DNA of 60,672 bases, the filler included, from Candidatus Babelota bacterium (lineage in GTDB: Bacteria; JAGOBX01), in NCBI GenBank assembly GCA_017999075.1. It is 7 parts of 7 records of this genome, joined end to end, with 100 filler letters (N's around TTAATTAATTAA, not from the genome) between each part and the next. Parts side by side here need not be neighbours in the genome. Positions count along the whole stretch, not along the records: positions 33,902 to 60,672 come from JAGOBX010000002.1; 6 more parts are not named here. One strand, 5' to 3'. The position numbers were made by a program, and so were the translations under genes. This document shows, piece by piece, positions 40,556 through 50,080 of the stretch. Every line of letters starts with the position of its first letter. The first letter of the stretch is position 1. The notes beneath the pieces were generated by a model. The model was not told the origin of the DNA. It was given only the letters and a program-made list of their open reading frames with translations, and made no database searches.

Positions 40556-41617
40556 ATGAGAGCTATTATAATTGGTTATCCATACAGCGGTAAAACTGTT
40601 TTTTTTGACGCTATTTCAGGGGCTGTGTCTAATGAAATTCAAAAAAATTCGTCTAATATAAGAAATATAAAAGTAATGGATAAAAGATTGTCTAAACTGA
40701 GGGATATTTACAATCCGAAAAAATATTCTCCTGCGGAAATAAATGTTTTTGATAATTTTGTTTCTGTATCTGAATTTGGAAAAGAAAACACAATATTTAC
40801 CCGTTCGACAATTGAGAATATTCAGAAATCAGAAGTCACTATTTTAGTTATAAGGGCTTTTGATAATTCAGGATCTCCTTATTTTAAAGAAAAAATAGAA
40901 CCTCTGAAAGATTTTAAATCAATTATTGAAGAAATGTGTTTTCTTGATTTGATATCAGCAGAAAAAAAAATCGAACGTTTAAAAAAGGAAAATGCAAAAA
41001 CTAAAGAATTTGATATAATATCAAAATGTTATGAAACTTTGCAAAATAACAATCCGGTATTCAGTATGAATTTGAATGAAGATGAAACTGCGCAGTTGTC
41101 AGGGTTTAAATTTTTAACTCAGAACAAGATAATGAGTGTAATTAACGTGGACGATAACACAGATGAAAAAGAATTATCTGAAATAGAAAAAATTGCCGGA
41201 GAAAAGGGGATAAATATTTTAAAACTTAATGCTAAAATAGAATTTGAAATATCTCAGTTTGAATCAGAAGAAGAAAAATTGGAGTTTTTAAAAGATTACG
41301 GATTATCTGAATCTGTTGTTGACAGGTTTGTAACAAAGGTTTACTCTATGATGGGGCTTATATCGTTTTTTACTGTTGGGCCAGATGAAGTTAAGGCCTG
41401 GACAATAAGAAAAGATACTTCAGCAGTTAAAGCTGCCGGAAAAATACATACGGATATTCAAAGAGGGTTTATTCGTGCGGAAATTTTTGACAGTGAGTTA
41501 TTTTTCAGGTATGAAGGGAACATGCAGAAAATAAAGACAGACGGAAAACTGCGGCTTGAAGGAAAAGAATACATTGTTAAAGACGGAGAAATAATTAATT
41601 TTAGATTTAATGTTTAA
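40556..41617 (+). CDS. ychF: YchF/DUF933-family P-loop NTPase, divergent
   Basis: C-terminal LISFFTVGPDEVKAWTI...AGKIHTDIQRGFIRAE...RLEGKEYIVKDGEIINFRFNV; P-loop GYPYSGKT. Confidence 0.82.
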   Translation: MRAIIIGYPYSGKTVFFDAISGAVSNEIQKNSSNIRNIKVMDKRLSKLRDIYNPKKYSPAEINVFDNFVSVSEFGKENTIFTRSTIENIQKSEVTILVIRAFDNSGSPYFKEKIEPLKDFKSIIEEMCFLDLISAEKKIERLKKENAKTKEFDIISKCYETLQNNNPVFSMNLNEDETAQLSGFKFLTQNKIMSVINVDDNTDEKELSEIEKIAGEKGINILKLNAKIEFEISQFESEEEKLEFLKDYGLSESVVDRFVTKVYSMMGLISFFTVGPDEVKAWTIRKDTSAVKAAGKIHTDIQRGFIRAEIFDSELFFRYEGNMQKIKTDGKLRLEGKEYIVKDGEIINFRFNV

Positions 41618-41653
41618 TATTTTTCGGGTACAAATAATTTGAAAGGATAATAA

Positions 41654-42421
41654 ATGGCTAAAAAGGCTGCTGTTAAAAAAAAGAAACAAAAAATAGAAAT
41701 TGTTATAGATGATGCCGGTTCAGGCAATTTTGTCGGAGGTATGCTGATATCAGGCTATTCGGAAGAAATTGACAGATACAAAGGAGTTGTAATTTCTCCG
41801 GAAGAATACAATGACAAACAGATAGATATGCAGGCAAAAGTTTTGAATTGCGTGGATGTTATAATATCAGATTTTTCAGAGTACGATATTATAAGCGTTT
41901 TTTTATGCCAAAGCAATTTATTTGACAGAACAGCGATTCATCTTGTTGATAAGGGTTTTGTAGTTATAAGAGGCAGAGTAGAAGGCAGGCTTCAGGATCT
42001 TATTGAAGATGATTTTATGAATCATCTTAAATCACTTGGAATGCCTGACTATGTTGATTTTTTTGCTAAAATAATTATGCGGGATAAAAATTCCGGATAC
42101 AGAATGCTGAACAGTTTTTGTATTAATTATATTAAAGTAGATTTGCACAACCGTTTAAAATTCTGCAAATCGTATAATAAATTATATGATGATTTAGTTA
42201 AGTCTGTTGTTCATAAAGATGTTGTGGAAAATAAATTTTTATCAAAACCGAAATTGTGCTGTAATTGTGGAAAATATATACAAGATAAGGATTTATATAA
42301 ACATACAACATCTTCATTTAACTCTTCATTTTACACTCATTTGAATTGCTTGTCGCGGCCTCAGCCTCAGCAAATTAAAGGTTCTGGAGCGCCTAATATT
42401 CATAATGATATGCCGTTTTAA
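41654..42421 (+). CDS. Hypothetical protein, RNase HII-like N-terminal motif and C-terminal Cys/His Zn-finger-like motif
   Basis: VIDDAGSGNFVGG; CCNCGKYI...HLNC. Confidence 0.55.
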   Translation: MAKKAAVKKKKQKIEIVIDDAGSGNFVGGMLISGYSEEIDRYKGVVISPEEYNDKQIDMQAKVLNCVDVIISDFSEYDIISVFLCQSNLFDRTAIHLVDKGFVVIRGRVEGRLQDLIEDDFMNHLKSLGMPDYVDFFAKIIMRDKNSGYRMLNSFCINYIKVDLHNRLKFCKSYNKLYDDLVKSVVHKDVVENKFLSKPKLCCNCGKYIQDKDLYKHTTSSFNSSFYTHLNCLSRPQPQQIKGSGAPNIHNDMPF

Positions 42422-42432
42422 AAAAAAACGTT

Positions 42433-43203
42433 ATGGGTTATTATAAAATTCGGTTTTTGACGCTGAATTCACATAAAATCAAAGACAGCACATTTTCTGT
42501 AAATGTATTATCAAGGCTTAACGGGAAAATAGCATTAAGGGTTAATGGAGCAGGGAAGCCTAAAAGCAGGTTTTCAAAATTTAACGAACCAGGATATCTT
42601 TGTGAAGGGATAGTTTATTTATCCAAGGAATCAAGCAGTATAATTCTTACCAATGCGGATATTATTGAAGAATTTAATATGCTTAGAAGTTGTATGGAAG
42701 GATTGAACTGTATATCTTATATAACCAACTTTATTTCAGGGTTATTTCCTGAAAAAATGAAAATCGAAGGATTTCTTGAAAATACGACTGATTTTTTTTA
42801 TTTAAAAGAATGCGTTAAAATTGAAAAAATAAATATGTTCAGGTTTTTTACGCTGCATAAACTTGGATATATTCCTGATTTTTCGGTATGTGGAAATTGT
42901 GGAGGAAGAATAAAAAAATCTGCTTATTTTAACATAAATGAGAATAATGTTTATTGTGAAATATGCCGGACAGGTTATAGTAATAACTATTTTGTATTTG
43001 AAGCTGATTTTTTGATATACTATAAAAAATTAATATCGTATCTGGTTCAAAAAAATATATTGGATTTTTTTCAAAGCAACAATAATATTTATCAAAAAAA
43101 TCTTGAAAAATTTATTGATTTGTTTATAATATCATTGAATAAAAATGATATAAAATCTTATGGATTATTGAAATCAATCGATTCGGAGTTGCAAGTTGAA
43201 TAA
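42433..43203 (+). CDS. recO: DNA repair protein RecO
   Basis: GAGKPKSRF, LGYIPDFSVCGNCG...VYCEIC (RecO Zn finger). Confidence 0.8.
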   Translation: MGYYKIRFLTLNSHKIKDSTFSVNVLSRLNGKIALRVNGAGKPKSRFSKFNEPGYLCEGIVYLSKESSSIILTNADIIEEFNMLRSCMEGLNCISYITNFISGLFPEKMKIEGFLENTTDFFYLKECVKIEKINMFRFFTLHKLGYIPDFSVCGNCGGRIKKSAYFNINENNVYCEICRTGYSNNYFVFEADFLIYYKKLISYLVQKNILDFFQSNNNIYQKNLEKFIDLFIISLNKNDIKSYGLLKSIDSELQVE

Positions 43204-44023
43204 AAAAGTTCTTGTTATAGACGATCAGCAATATAATCATACAATCATCAAACACACTTTAAAAGATAAAGGATTTGATTATCTCTGCGGATTAAGCGGG
43301 CGGGAAGGTCTTACATTAGCAGTTGAAAATAATCCGGATATAATACTTCTTGATATTATGATGCCGGATATGGATGGAATTGAGGTATTGAAAAAAATTA
43401 AAAATAATCCTTCAATTTCAAATATACCGGTTGTTATGCTGACAGGAAAGACAAATAAAGAAGATGTTGATAGGGCTATAAATATAGGCGCTGTTAAATT
43501 TATCACGAAACCATTTAATCCTAAAGAGCTTCTTGGAGAAATAGAAAGTGTATTACTCGGAAATATATTGATGAATAATAAAAATGAGCCTGAGGTTATC
43601 GAATATTTAAAATCTGTCAGACAAAATCAAATTTTATTAAGCAGCGATGTAGTAAAAAAAATTATTTTCAATTTTGTGAATTCTAAGGTTGTACTTACTG
43701 AAATCGCTAATATAATAGGGACTTTCAAATTGAATGATCTTAAAAACATAATTATTAATCTGATAAAAAATTCGCCATATCATCAGGTTCGCGAAAAATG
43801 CATCTGGTGTTTAGGTCAAATCGGAAATAATAAGATTAATAATCCGGATAACGCCATTCACAATAATGAAGATATTGATTTTCTATATACTATAGCCTCT
43901 TCTAAAAAAGAAACAACTGAAATCAGGCTTATTGCATGTATGTCTATAAAACAACTGGGATATGCGATGCTTATAGAAGATTTACTTATAGAACTGAATA
44001 AAAAATTTTCGGAAAACTTTTGA
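43196..44023 (+). CDS. Response regulator with C-terminal HEAT-like repeats
   Basis: VIDD...LLDIMMPDMDG...KPF; VREKCIWCLGQIG and IRLIACMSIKQLG. Confidence 0.8.
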   Translation: MNKKVLVIDDQQYNHTIIKHTLKDKGFDYLCGLSGREGLTLAVENNPDIILLDIMMPDMDGIEVLKKIKNNPSISNIPVVMLTGKTNKEDVDRAINIGAVKFITKPFNPKELLGEIESVLLGNILMNNKNEPEVIEYLKSVRQNQILLSSDVVKKIIFNFVNSKVVLTEIANIIGTFKLNDLKNIIINLIKNSPYHQVREKCIWCLGQIGNNKINNPDNAIHNNEDIDFLYTIASSKKETTEIRLIACMSIKQLGYAMLIEDLLIELNKKFSENF

Positions 44024-44907
44024 AAGAAATAATAAATATAATTCAATCCTGCATTGTTAATAATCAAGTGCCTGTTATAGCAGGTCCTACAGCTTCCGGG
44101 AAATCGGAACTGGCTTATTCAATTTCTGATTATTTTGATATTGAAATAATATCGGCAGATTCAAGGCAAATTTATAAATATCTTGATATAGGAACAGCTA
44201 AACCTTCAGAAGAAATTTTAAAAAAAGTTCCGCATAGACTGATAAGTTTAATTACACCGGATAAAAACTATTCCGCTGCTGAGTTTGCCGATGCGGCAAA
44301 TAAACATATCATTGAAATATTTCGAAAAAAAAAATTGCCGGTGATAGTAGGAGGCACAGGACTTTATATTAAAACTTTGTTTGACGGTATATTTGAAGGT
44401 CCTGAAAGAAATTCTGAAATAAGAGCAAATCTTGAATCAAAGTCAAATTTTGAATTATATGAGATATTAAAAAAAATTGATTCGTATTCATCTGAAAAGA
44501 TTAATATAAATGATAAAAAACGTTTGATACGCGCTATTGAAGTTTTTGAATTGACTGGTGAGTCAATAACTGAGTTGAAAAAGAATACCAAACCTGTTAC
44601 AGAATATAAGCCTTTTTACATAATTATGAATAAAAACAGAAATGAATTGTATGATAGAATTAATATGCGCGCTGAAATTATGATTAGAAACGGATGGATT
44701 GAGGAAACTCAAAAGATTTTGGATATGGGTTATGCATCTGATTGTCCAGCATTTGAAGGATTGGGATACCGTGATATTATCGGATATATTGAAAAAAAAC
44801 AAAAGTATGACGATATGATTGAAAATATAAAATTATACACAAGAAGATACGCAAAACGCCAGATCATTTGGTTCAGACACCAATTGATTCCTGATAAAGT
44901 GATTTGA
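44020..44907 (+). CDS. miaA: tRNA dimethylallyltransferase
   Basis: GPTASGKS, ISADSRQIY...IGTAKP, VGGTGLY, TRRYAKRQ. Confidence 0.97.
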   Translation: MKEIINIIQSCIVNNQVPVIAGPTASGKSELAYSISDYFDIEIISADSRQIYKYLDIGTAKPSEEILKKVPHRLISLITPDKNYSAAEFADAANKHIIEIFRKKKLPVIVGGTGLYIKTLFDGIFEGPERNSEIRANLESKSNFELYEILKKIDSYSSEKININDKKRLIRAIEVFELTGESITELKKNTKPVTEYKPFYIIMNKNRNELYDRINMRAEIMIRNGWIEETQKILDMGYASDCPAFEGLGYRDIIGYIEKKQKYDDMIENIKLYTRRYAKRQIIWFRHQLIPDKVI

Positions 44908-44910
44908 ATT

Positions 44911-46044
44911 TTATTTTTTTACAGATTCTGCCACGGCGTCAGCCACACCTGGATCAAAAATAGAAGGCAATATTTTTTCCGGCGATAAATAAGAATTTTT
45001 CACCAAACCTGCAATAGATTCTGCAGCCCTGATTTTTATTTTGTCAGTAACGGTTTTGATGTTATATTTAAGCAAACCTTTGAATATACCCGGGAAACAC
45101 AGTACGTTATTTATTTGATTTTGATAATCGCTTCTGCCTGATCCTACAATATAGGCTCCTGCTTTTTTTGCCGATTCAGGAAGTATTTCAGGAGTGGGGT
45201 TTGCCATTGCAAAAACTATAGGTTTTGAATTCATTCTTCCTATCCATTCAGGTTTAACAATATTTCCTGCTGAAACCCCTATAAAAACATCCGAGTCATT
45301 GAATCCGTTTTCAAAATTTCCTTTAATTAATTTGCGGTTTGTTTTTTTGCTTAACAGATCAAGGTAAGGATTCATTCCTTTTTTTCTTCCTTCATATATT
45401 ATACCGAACTTATCAGCAGCTATTATATTTTTAATTCCGTATTTTAATAATAGGTTTATTACTGATGAACCGGCTGCTCCTGCACCTATGACAAAAACTT
45501 TTATTTTATTTTTGTTTTTGTTTGTAATTTTTAAAGAATTAATTAAAGCTGCGAGTACTACTACCGCGGTTCCATGCTGATCATCGTGAAAAACAGGAAT
45601 GCTAAGTTTTTTCACTAGTTGCCGTTCTATATCAAAACATCTAGGCGCTGAAATATCTTCAAGATTAATTCCTCCGAATACAGGGGCAATATTTATTATT
45701 GTTTCGATAATTTTATTTGTATCCTGTGTTTGAAGGCATATAGGGAAAGCGTCAACACCTGCGAATTCTTTAAACAGCACACATTTTCCTTCCATAACAG
45801 GCAAAGCAGCAAATGGTCCGATATTTCCAAGACCTAATACTGCACTGCCATCGCTTATTACTGCAACAGTATTATTTTTTATAGTATAATTTTTGATGTT
45901 TTTTGTATTGCTTACAATACTTTTACATATTTCGGCAACACCCGGAGTATAAACACAAGATAAAATTTCACGGCTTGTAATTTTTGTTTTAGAATTAATT
46001 TCAAGTTTACCTTTATTATGTAAATCAAAAATTTTTTTGTTCAT
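44911..46044 (-). CDS. NAD(P)-dependent malic enzyme
   Basis: [39 protein letters not shown]. Confidence 0.95.
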   Translation of the reverse strand: MNKKIFDLHNKGKLEINSKTKITSREILSCVYTPGVAEICKSIVSNTKNIKNYTIKNNTVAVISDGSAVLGLGNIGPFAALPVMEGKCVLFKEFAGVDAFPICLQTQDTNKIIETIINIAPVFGGINLEDISAPRCFDIERQLVKKLSIPVFHDDQHGTAVVVLAALINSLKITNKNKNKIKVFVIGAGAAGSSVINLLLKYGIKNIIAADKFGIIYEGRKKGMNPYLDLLSKKTNRKLIKGNFENGFNDSDVFIGVSAGNIVKPEWIGRMNSKPIVFAMANPTPEILPESAKKAGAYIVGSGRSDYQNQINNVLCFPGIFKGLLKYNIKTVTDKIKIRAAESIAGLVKNSYLSPEKILPSIFDPGVADAVAESVKK

Positions 46045-46076
46045 AATTTTTTTGATGTTAAAAAATAATTTAAAAA

Positions 46077-47525
46077 TTATAATTCAGGCTGAGTTTGGCA
46101 ATTCTGTTTATCAGAACTTTCAGGACGGAAAAAAATTTGCAACAGCCTGCGGAATACGAAAACAAAATCTTTAGGTTTTATGCGTTTTATGATTATCCAA
46201 AGGCGTTTTGGATGAGTCCAATATTTTAAAATAATGCGCTGATGCAGTTTGGTGAATTCCGCTACTGAAATTCCTTTTGGAGTATATGTTACCTCTCCTG
46301 ATGCAAATGAAGGAAGATAAGCATCAGTTATTTCATTGTTTTTAACAAGTTCTTCGTATATTTCAGTTCCTGGTAAAGGAGTAAAATTTCCGAAAGATCC
46401 CATATCAAGCCCTAGTCTGTCAGGAGTCAGAGCAGTTTCAAGCATAGTTTCTTTGGTATCAAACGGAAAACCTATAATGAAAAAACCTGCTGTAGACATT
46501 CCGGCGTTTTTTGCAAGTAAAACTTTTTCTTTGATAATTTTCATAGAGAGGCCTTTCCGTATTTTTTTCAAAGCTTCATCTGACCCGACTTCTATGCCGA
46601 ATCCGAGATGATACCATCCAGCCTTCCTCATCCAGTCGAGCATTTCAGCATTAAGTTTGTCAAGACGCACTCCATTAGGCATTGAAAACCTGATTTTGAT
46701 GCCGCGTTCAATAATTGTTTTACATACGGAAATAACGTGACTGCTGTCAAAAGTGAAGTTATCGTCCATTATATGAATTTCATCAGCGCCGGCATTTATA
46801 AGGGTTTCTATTTCATTTACTATATTTTCCACCGAACGTTTTCTTACTTTTTTTCCCATGTTAACCGGAGAAGCGCAGAATATACAAGAAAACGGGCAGC
46901 CGCGTGTAGTTAATAACTGCGCCACATTTCCTCCTTTTCTGAACAACCCCATTGGACTGCCTGAATTGAAATAATCTTTTATATTTATCAAATTAAAATC
47001 AACCGGATCAAACTCGTCTAAGTTATCAGTATAAGAATTAGGATTAACAATTATTCCGCTGTCATTTTTATATATAAGTCCTGGAATTTTATCGTGTTCT
47101 TTAATTTTTCCATAATCAATCATTTGATTTACAAATTCCAAAAGAGGTTTTTCTCCTTCACCGCATATAGCATAATCAGCGGAAAAAATATGTTTGAATA
47201 CTTTGTTTCTTGTTCCGTTTACATGAGAACCGCCGATTAAAATAATTGTATCAGGAAGTTTGGATTTTATGTAATACAGCATATCCTGAGTAGATTTTAC
47301 AACATGAGAAAAAAGAGTTACACATAAAATATCAGGCTTTAAAGAGATTATATTTTCATAGTATTCTTCAATAGTTTGAGTTTTTATATCGGGATCAAAA
47401 ATAATTGTATCCACAGGTTTTTTTGATTTTTTCAGATAAGATGCCAAATACAGCAATCCGCTTGGCAGGGTAACAAACATCCTCTGTTTAGGTATTACAA
47501 AAGGTTTAGTAAATACAATTTTCAT
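46077..47525 (-). CDS. B12-binding radical SAM protein
   Basis: PSGLLYLA, GGSH, GEGE, TRGCPFSCIFC. Confidence 0.92.
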   Translation of the reverse strand: MKIVFTKPFVIPKQRMFVTLPSGLLYLASYLKKSKKPVDTIIFDPDIKTQTIEEYYENIISLKPDILCVTLFSHVVKSTQDMLYYIKSKLPDTIILIGGSHVNGTRNKVFKHIFSADYAICGEGEKPLLEFVNQMIDYGKIKEHDKIPGLIYKNDSGIIVNPNSYTDNLDEFDPVDFNLINIKDYFNSGSPMGLFRKGGNVAQLLTTRGCPFSCIFCASPVNMGKKVRKRSVENIVNEIETLINAGADEIHIMDDNFTFDSSHVISVCKTIIERGIKIRFSMPNGVRLDKLNAEMLDWMRKAGWYHLGFGIEVGSDEALKKIRKGLSMKIIKEKVLLAKNAGMSTAGFFIIGFPFDTKETMLETALTPDRLGLDMGSFGNFTPLPGTEIYEELVKNNEITDAYLPSFASGEVTYTPKGISVAEFTKLHQRIILKYWTHPKRLWIIIKRIKPKDFVFVFRRLLQIFFRPESSDKQNCQTQPEL

Positions 47526-47669
47526 AATAATAAATCCTGATATTTTTTTTGGGCTAACTTTACTTTATAATAAAAATTTTGTCAAACTGTTTTTGGAAAA
47601 GTCGTAGAAAAATGATAAAACCGAAAAGATAATAGTTATTTTTGAAAAACGCTTTTTTAGAATATAATT

Positions 47670-48602
47670 TCAGTTTGAATTCATATTTTTGCGTTCTTTG
47701 TAACTTAGAATATTTATAAGCATTTTGTTTATTGGCGCAGAAACGCCGTATTTATCAGCAAATCTGACTATAGCTCCATTAATAAACTCAAACTCCAATT
47801 TTTTCTTTTTTTCAAAATCCTGAAGCATGGAAGTTTTGAATTCTCCGGCATTATTTTCAATATCGAGGTTCTTGTCAATTTTGGAATGAGGAATTTTATA
47901 ACCTGCGGCATGAGCGACCTTGACTGCTTCTTCCATAACTGCCCTTAATAAATTTCTTGAATTATCGTCATTTATCATATCGCTTACTGTAGCTTCCAGA
48001 ACAACAGATAATGCATTGAATGAAGCATTCCATAAAATTTTAATCCATAAATCAAGCATAATGTTATCTGAAACAGTGCATGCAACACCCGATTCAGTAA
48101 AAATATTTTTTATCAGTTCAATATCATATTTTGGCGACTTTGATATTTTCCCGATTTTTAAAATTCCGGCGCCTGTATGTTTTACGATATTTTTTTCAAG
48201 AGCCGATGATATGAAAACCACAGCTCCGGCAACATTTTCAGGATCAATATATTTTGATAAAATATCTTCATTTTCTAAGCCGTTCTGCATTGAAATGACA
48301 CATGATTTTTGATGAATAAGATTTTTTATTACAGCTGCGGTTTCTTGAGTATTATAAGATTTTACACATACAAGTATCAAATCGTATTTATTATTAATAC
48401 GTGATAATTCACTGAATTCAAGAAGATTTATTTTGCCGAATTTTTCTATTCCTGTTTCAAAACTGTCCAGTATAATGCCTTGTTCTTTTAATATTCTGTA
48501 AGTAATATTTCTTGCTGTAAAAGTAACATCAACTCCGTTTTTCAGTAATTTTAATCCGTAGAATCCGCCTACAGCTCCTGTCCCTATAATTAAAACTTTC
48601 AC
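47670..48602 (-). CDS. panE: 2-dehydropantoate 2-reductase (ketopantoate reductase)
   Basis: IGTGAVGG, VKSY, QNG, WIKILWN, TSMLQD...LE...INGA. Confidence 0.9.
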   Translation of the reverse strand: MKVLIIGTGAVGGFYGLKLLKNGVDVTFTARNITYRILKEQGIILDSFETGIEKFGKINLLEFSELSRINNKYDLILVCVKSYNTQETAAVIKNLIHQKSCVISMQNGLENEDILSKYIDPENVAGAVVFISSALEKNIVKHTGAGILKIGKISKSPKYDIELIKNIFTESGVACTVSDNIMLDLWIKILWNASFNALSVVLEATVSDMINDDNSRNLLRAVMEEAVKVAHAAGYKIPHSKIDKNLDIENNAGEFKTSMLQDFEKKKKLEFEFINGAIVRFADKYGVSAPINKMLINILSYKERKNMNSN

Positions 48603-48934
48603 GAAATTACCTCCTGAATCAAAAAAAAATCAATTTTTTTAAAAAACTTTTTAAATACATTTTTTTGCTTCATTGAAATTTTTTTATTTAATTAATTGCT
48701 ATATTTTGGAAACGGTTCCATTATGGAATATTGTATATTTATATTATTATTTTAAAATAACAATATATGTATTCACAAAAAAAATCAAGTTTAAGAATGT
48801 GTGAATCTGAAATTCAAAGATGAAGTTAAAAAGCATTTTTTCTCTGATGATAGAATTTTTTTTATTGCTTTTATTAAAAAAATCAGATATAAATAATAAT
48901 AAACAACATAACCTTTGATTAAGGAGGCGCGTTT

Positions 48935-50080
48935 ATGAACGCAATAAAAATAAAGGAAAATATTTATTGGGTTGGCGGTATTGACTGGGATTTACGTAAT
49001 TTTCACGGGTATCTTACACAGAGGGGTTCTACATATAACGCGTATTTAATAATAGATGAGAAAATTGTTTTAATTGATACGGTAAAACACTATTTGAAGG
49101 ATGAACTGTTAAAACGGATTTCGTCAGTTATTGATCCTTCAAAAATTGATTACATAATTTCAAACCATGTTGAAATGGATCATTCAGGAGCGATACCGTC
49201 AGTCAAAGAAATTGCCAAAGGGGCTAAAATCATTACTTCACCAAACGGACTGAAAGGTTTAAAAGCTCATTATAAAAATGATTATGATTTTGTTGTAGTA
49301 AAAAGTGGAGACAAACTAAATATAGGTAAACGTGAATTACAGTTTGTTTTGACACCTATGGTTCATTGGCCTGATAATATGTTAACATATTTGCCTGAAG
49401 AAAAAATTTTGTTTTCAAACGACGCGTTCGGCCAGCATATCGCGAGTTCTGAAAGATTTGACAATGAATACCGGCTTGATATAATTATGGAAGAAGCTAA
49501 AAAATATTATGCGAATATTGTTCTTCCATACGGCCAGCAGGTCCAAAGCGCTTTGAAAACAGCAGGTTCTTTGAAGATTGATGTTATTGCTCCAAGCCAC
49601 GGAATAATTTGGAGAAACAATATATCTGAAATAATAAGTTCTTATCAAAAATGGTCAGGAAATGAAACTGAAAACAGGGCATTGATAATTTATGATACAA
49701 TGTGGGGTTCGACAAAAAAAATAGCGTTTGCGATTCAGGATAAATTTGAAGAAAAAGGGATTAAAGCTGATATGTTTAACCTTCAGTTCAATCATATTTC
49801 TGATATAATGTCTGAACTTTTGACTGCTAAATATATTTGTGTAGGTTCGCCTACCTTAAATAATAATATTTTGCCTACAATATCAGGATTTCTTACATAT
49901 TTAAAAGGATTGTCACCTAAAAACAGAATAGGTCTTGCTTTCGGATCGTTTGGATGGGGCGGTCAGAGTGTAGGTATAATAGAGGAACAATTGAAATTAT
50001 GCGGGTTTGATATTATACCGTCAATAAAAGTTCAATATATACCTGATGATGAATATCTTTCTCAGATAAAATTATTTTAA
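48935..50080 (+). CDS. fprA: Flavodiiron protein (FprA, O2/NO reductase)
   Basis: NHVEMDHSG, HWPD, DAFGQH, APSHG and a flavodoxin domain (YDTMWGST, FGSFGWGG). Confidence 0.95.
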   Translation: MNAIKIKENIYWVGGIDWDLRNFHGYLTQRGSTYNAYLIIDEKIVLIDTVKHYLKDELLKRISSVIDPSKIDYIISNHVEMDHSGAIPSVKEIAKGAKIITSPNGLKGLKAHYKNDYDFVVVKSGDKLNIGKRELQFVLTPMVHWPDNMLTYLPEEKILFSNDAFGQHIASSERFDNEYRLDIIMEEAKKYYANIVLPYGQQVQSALKTAGSLKIDVIAPSHGIIWRNNISEIISSYQKWSGNETENRALIIYDTMWGSTKKIAFAIQDKFEEKGIKADMFNLQFNHISDIMSELLTAKYICVGSPTLNNNILPTISGFLTYLKGLSPKNRIGLAFGSFGWGGQSVGIIEEQLKLCGFDIIPSIKVQYIPDDEYLSQIKLF

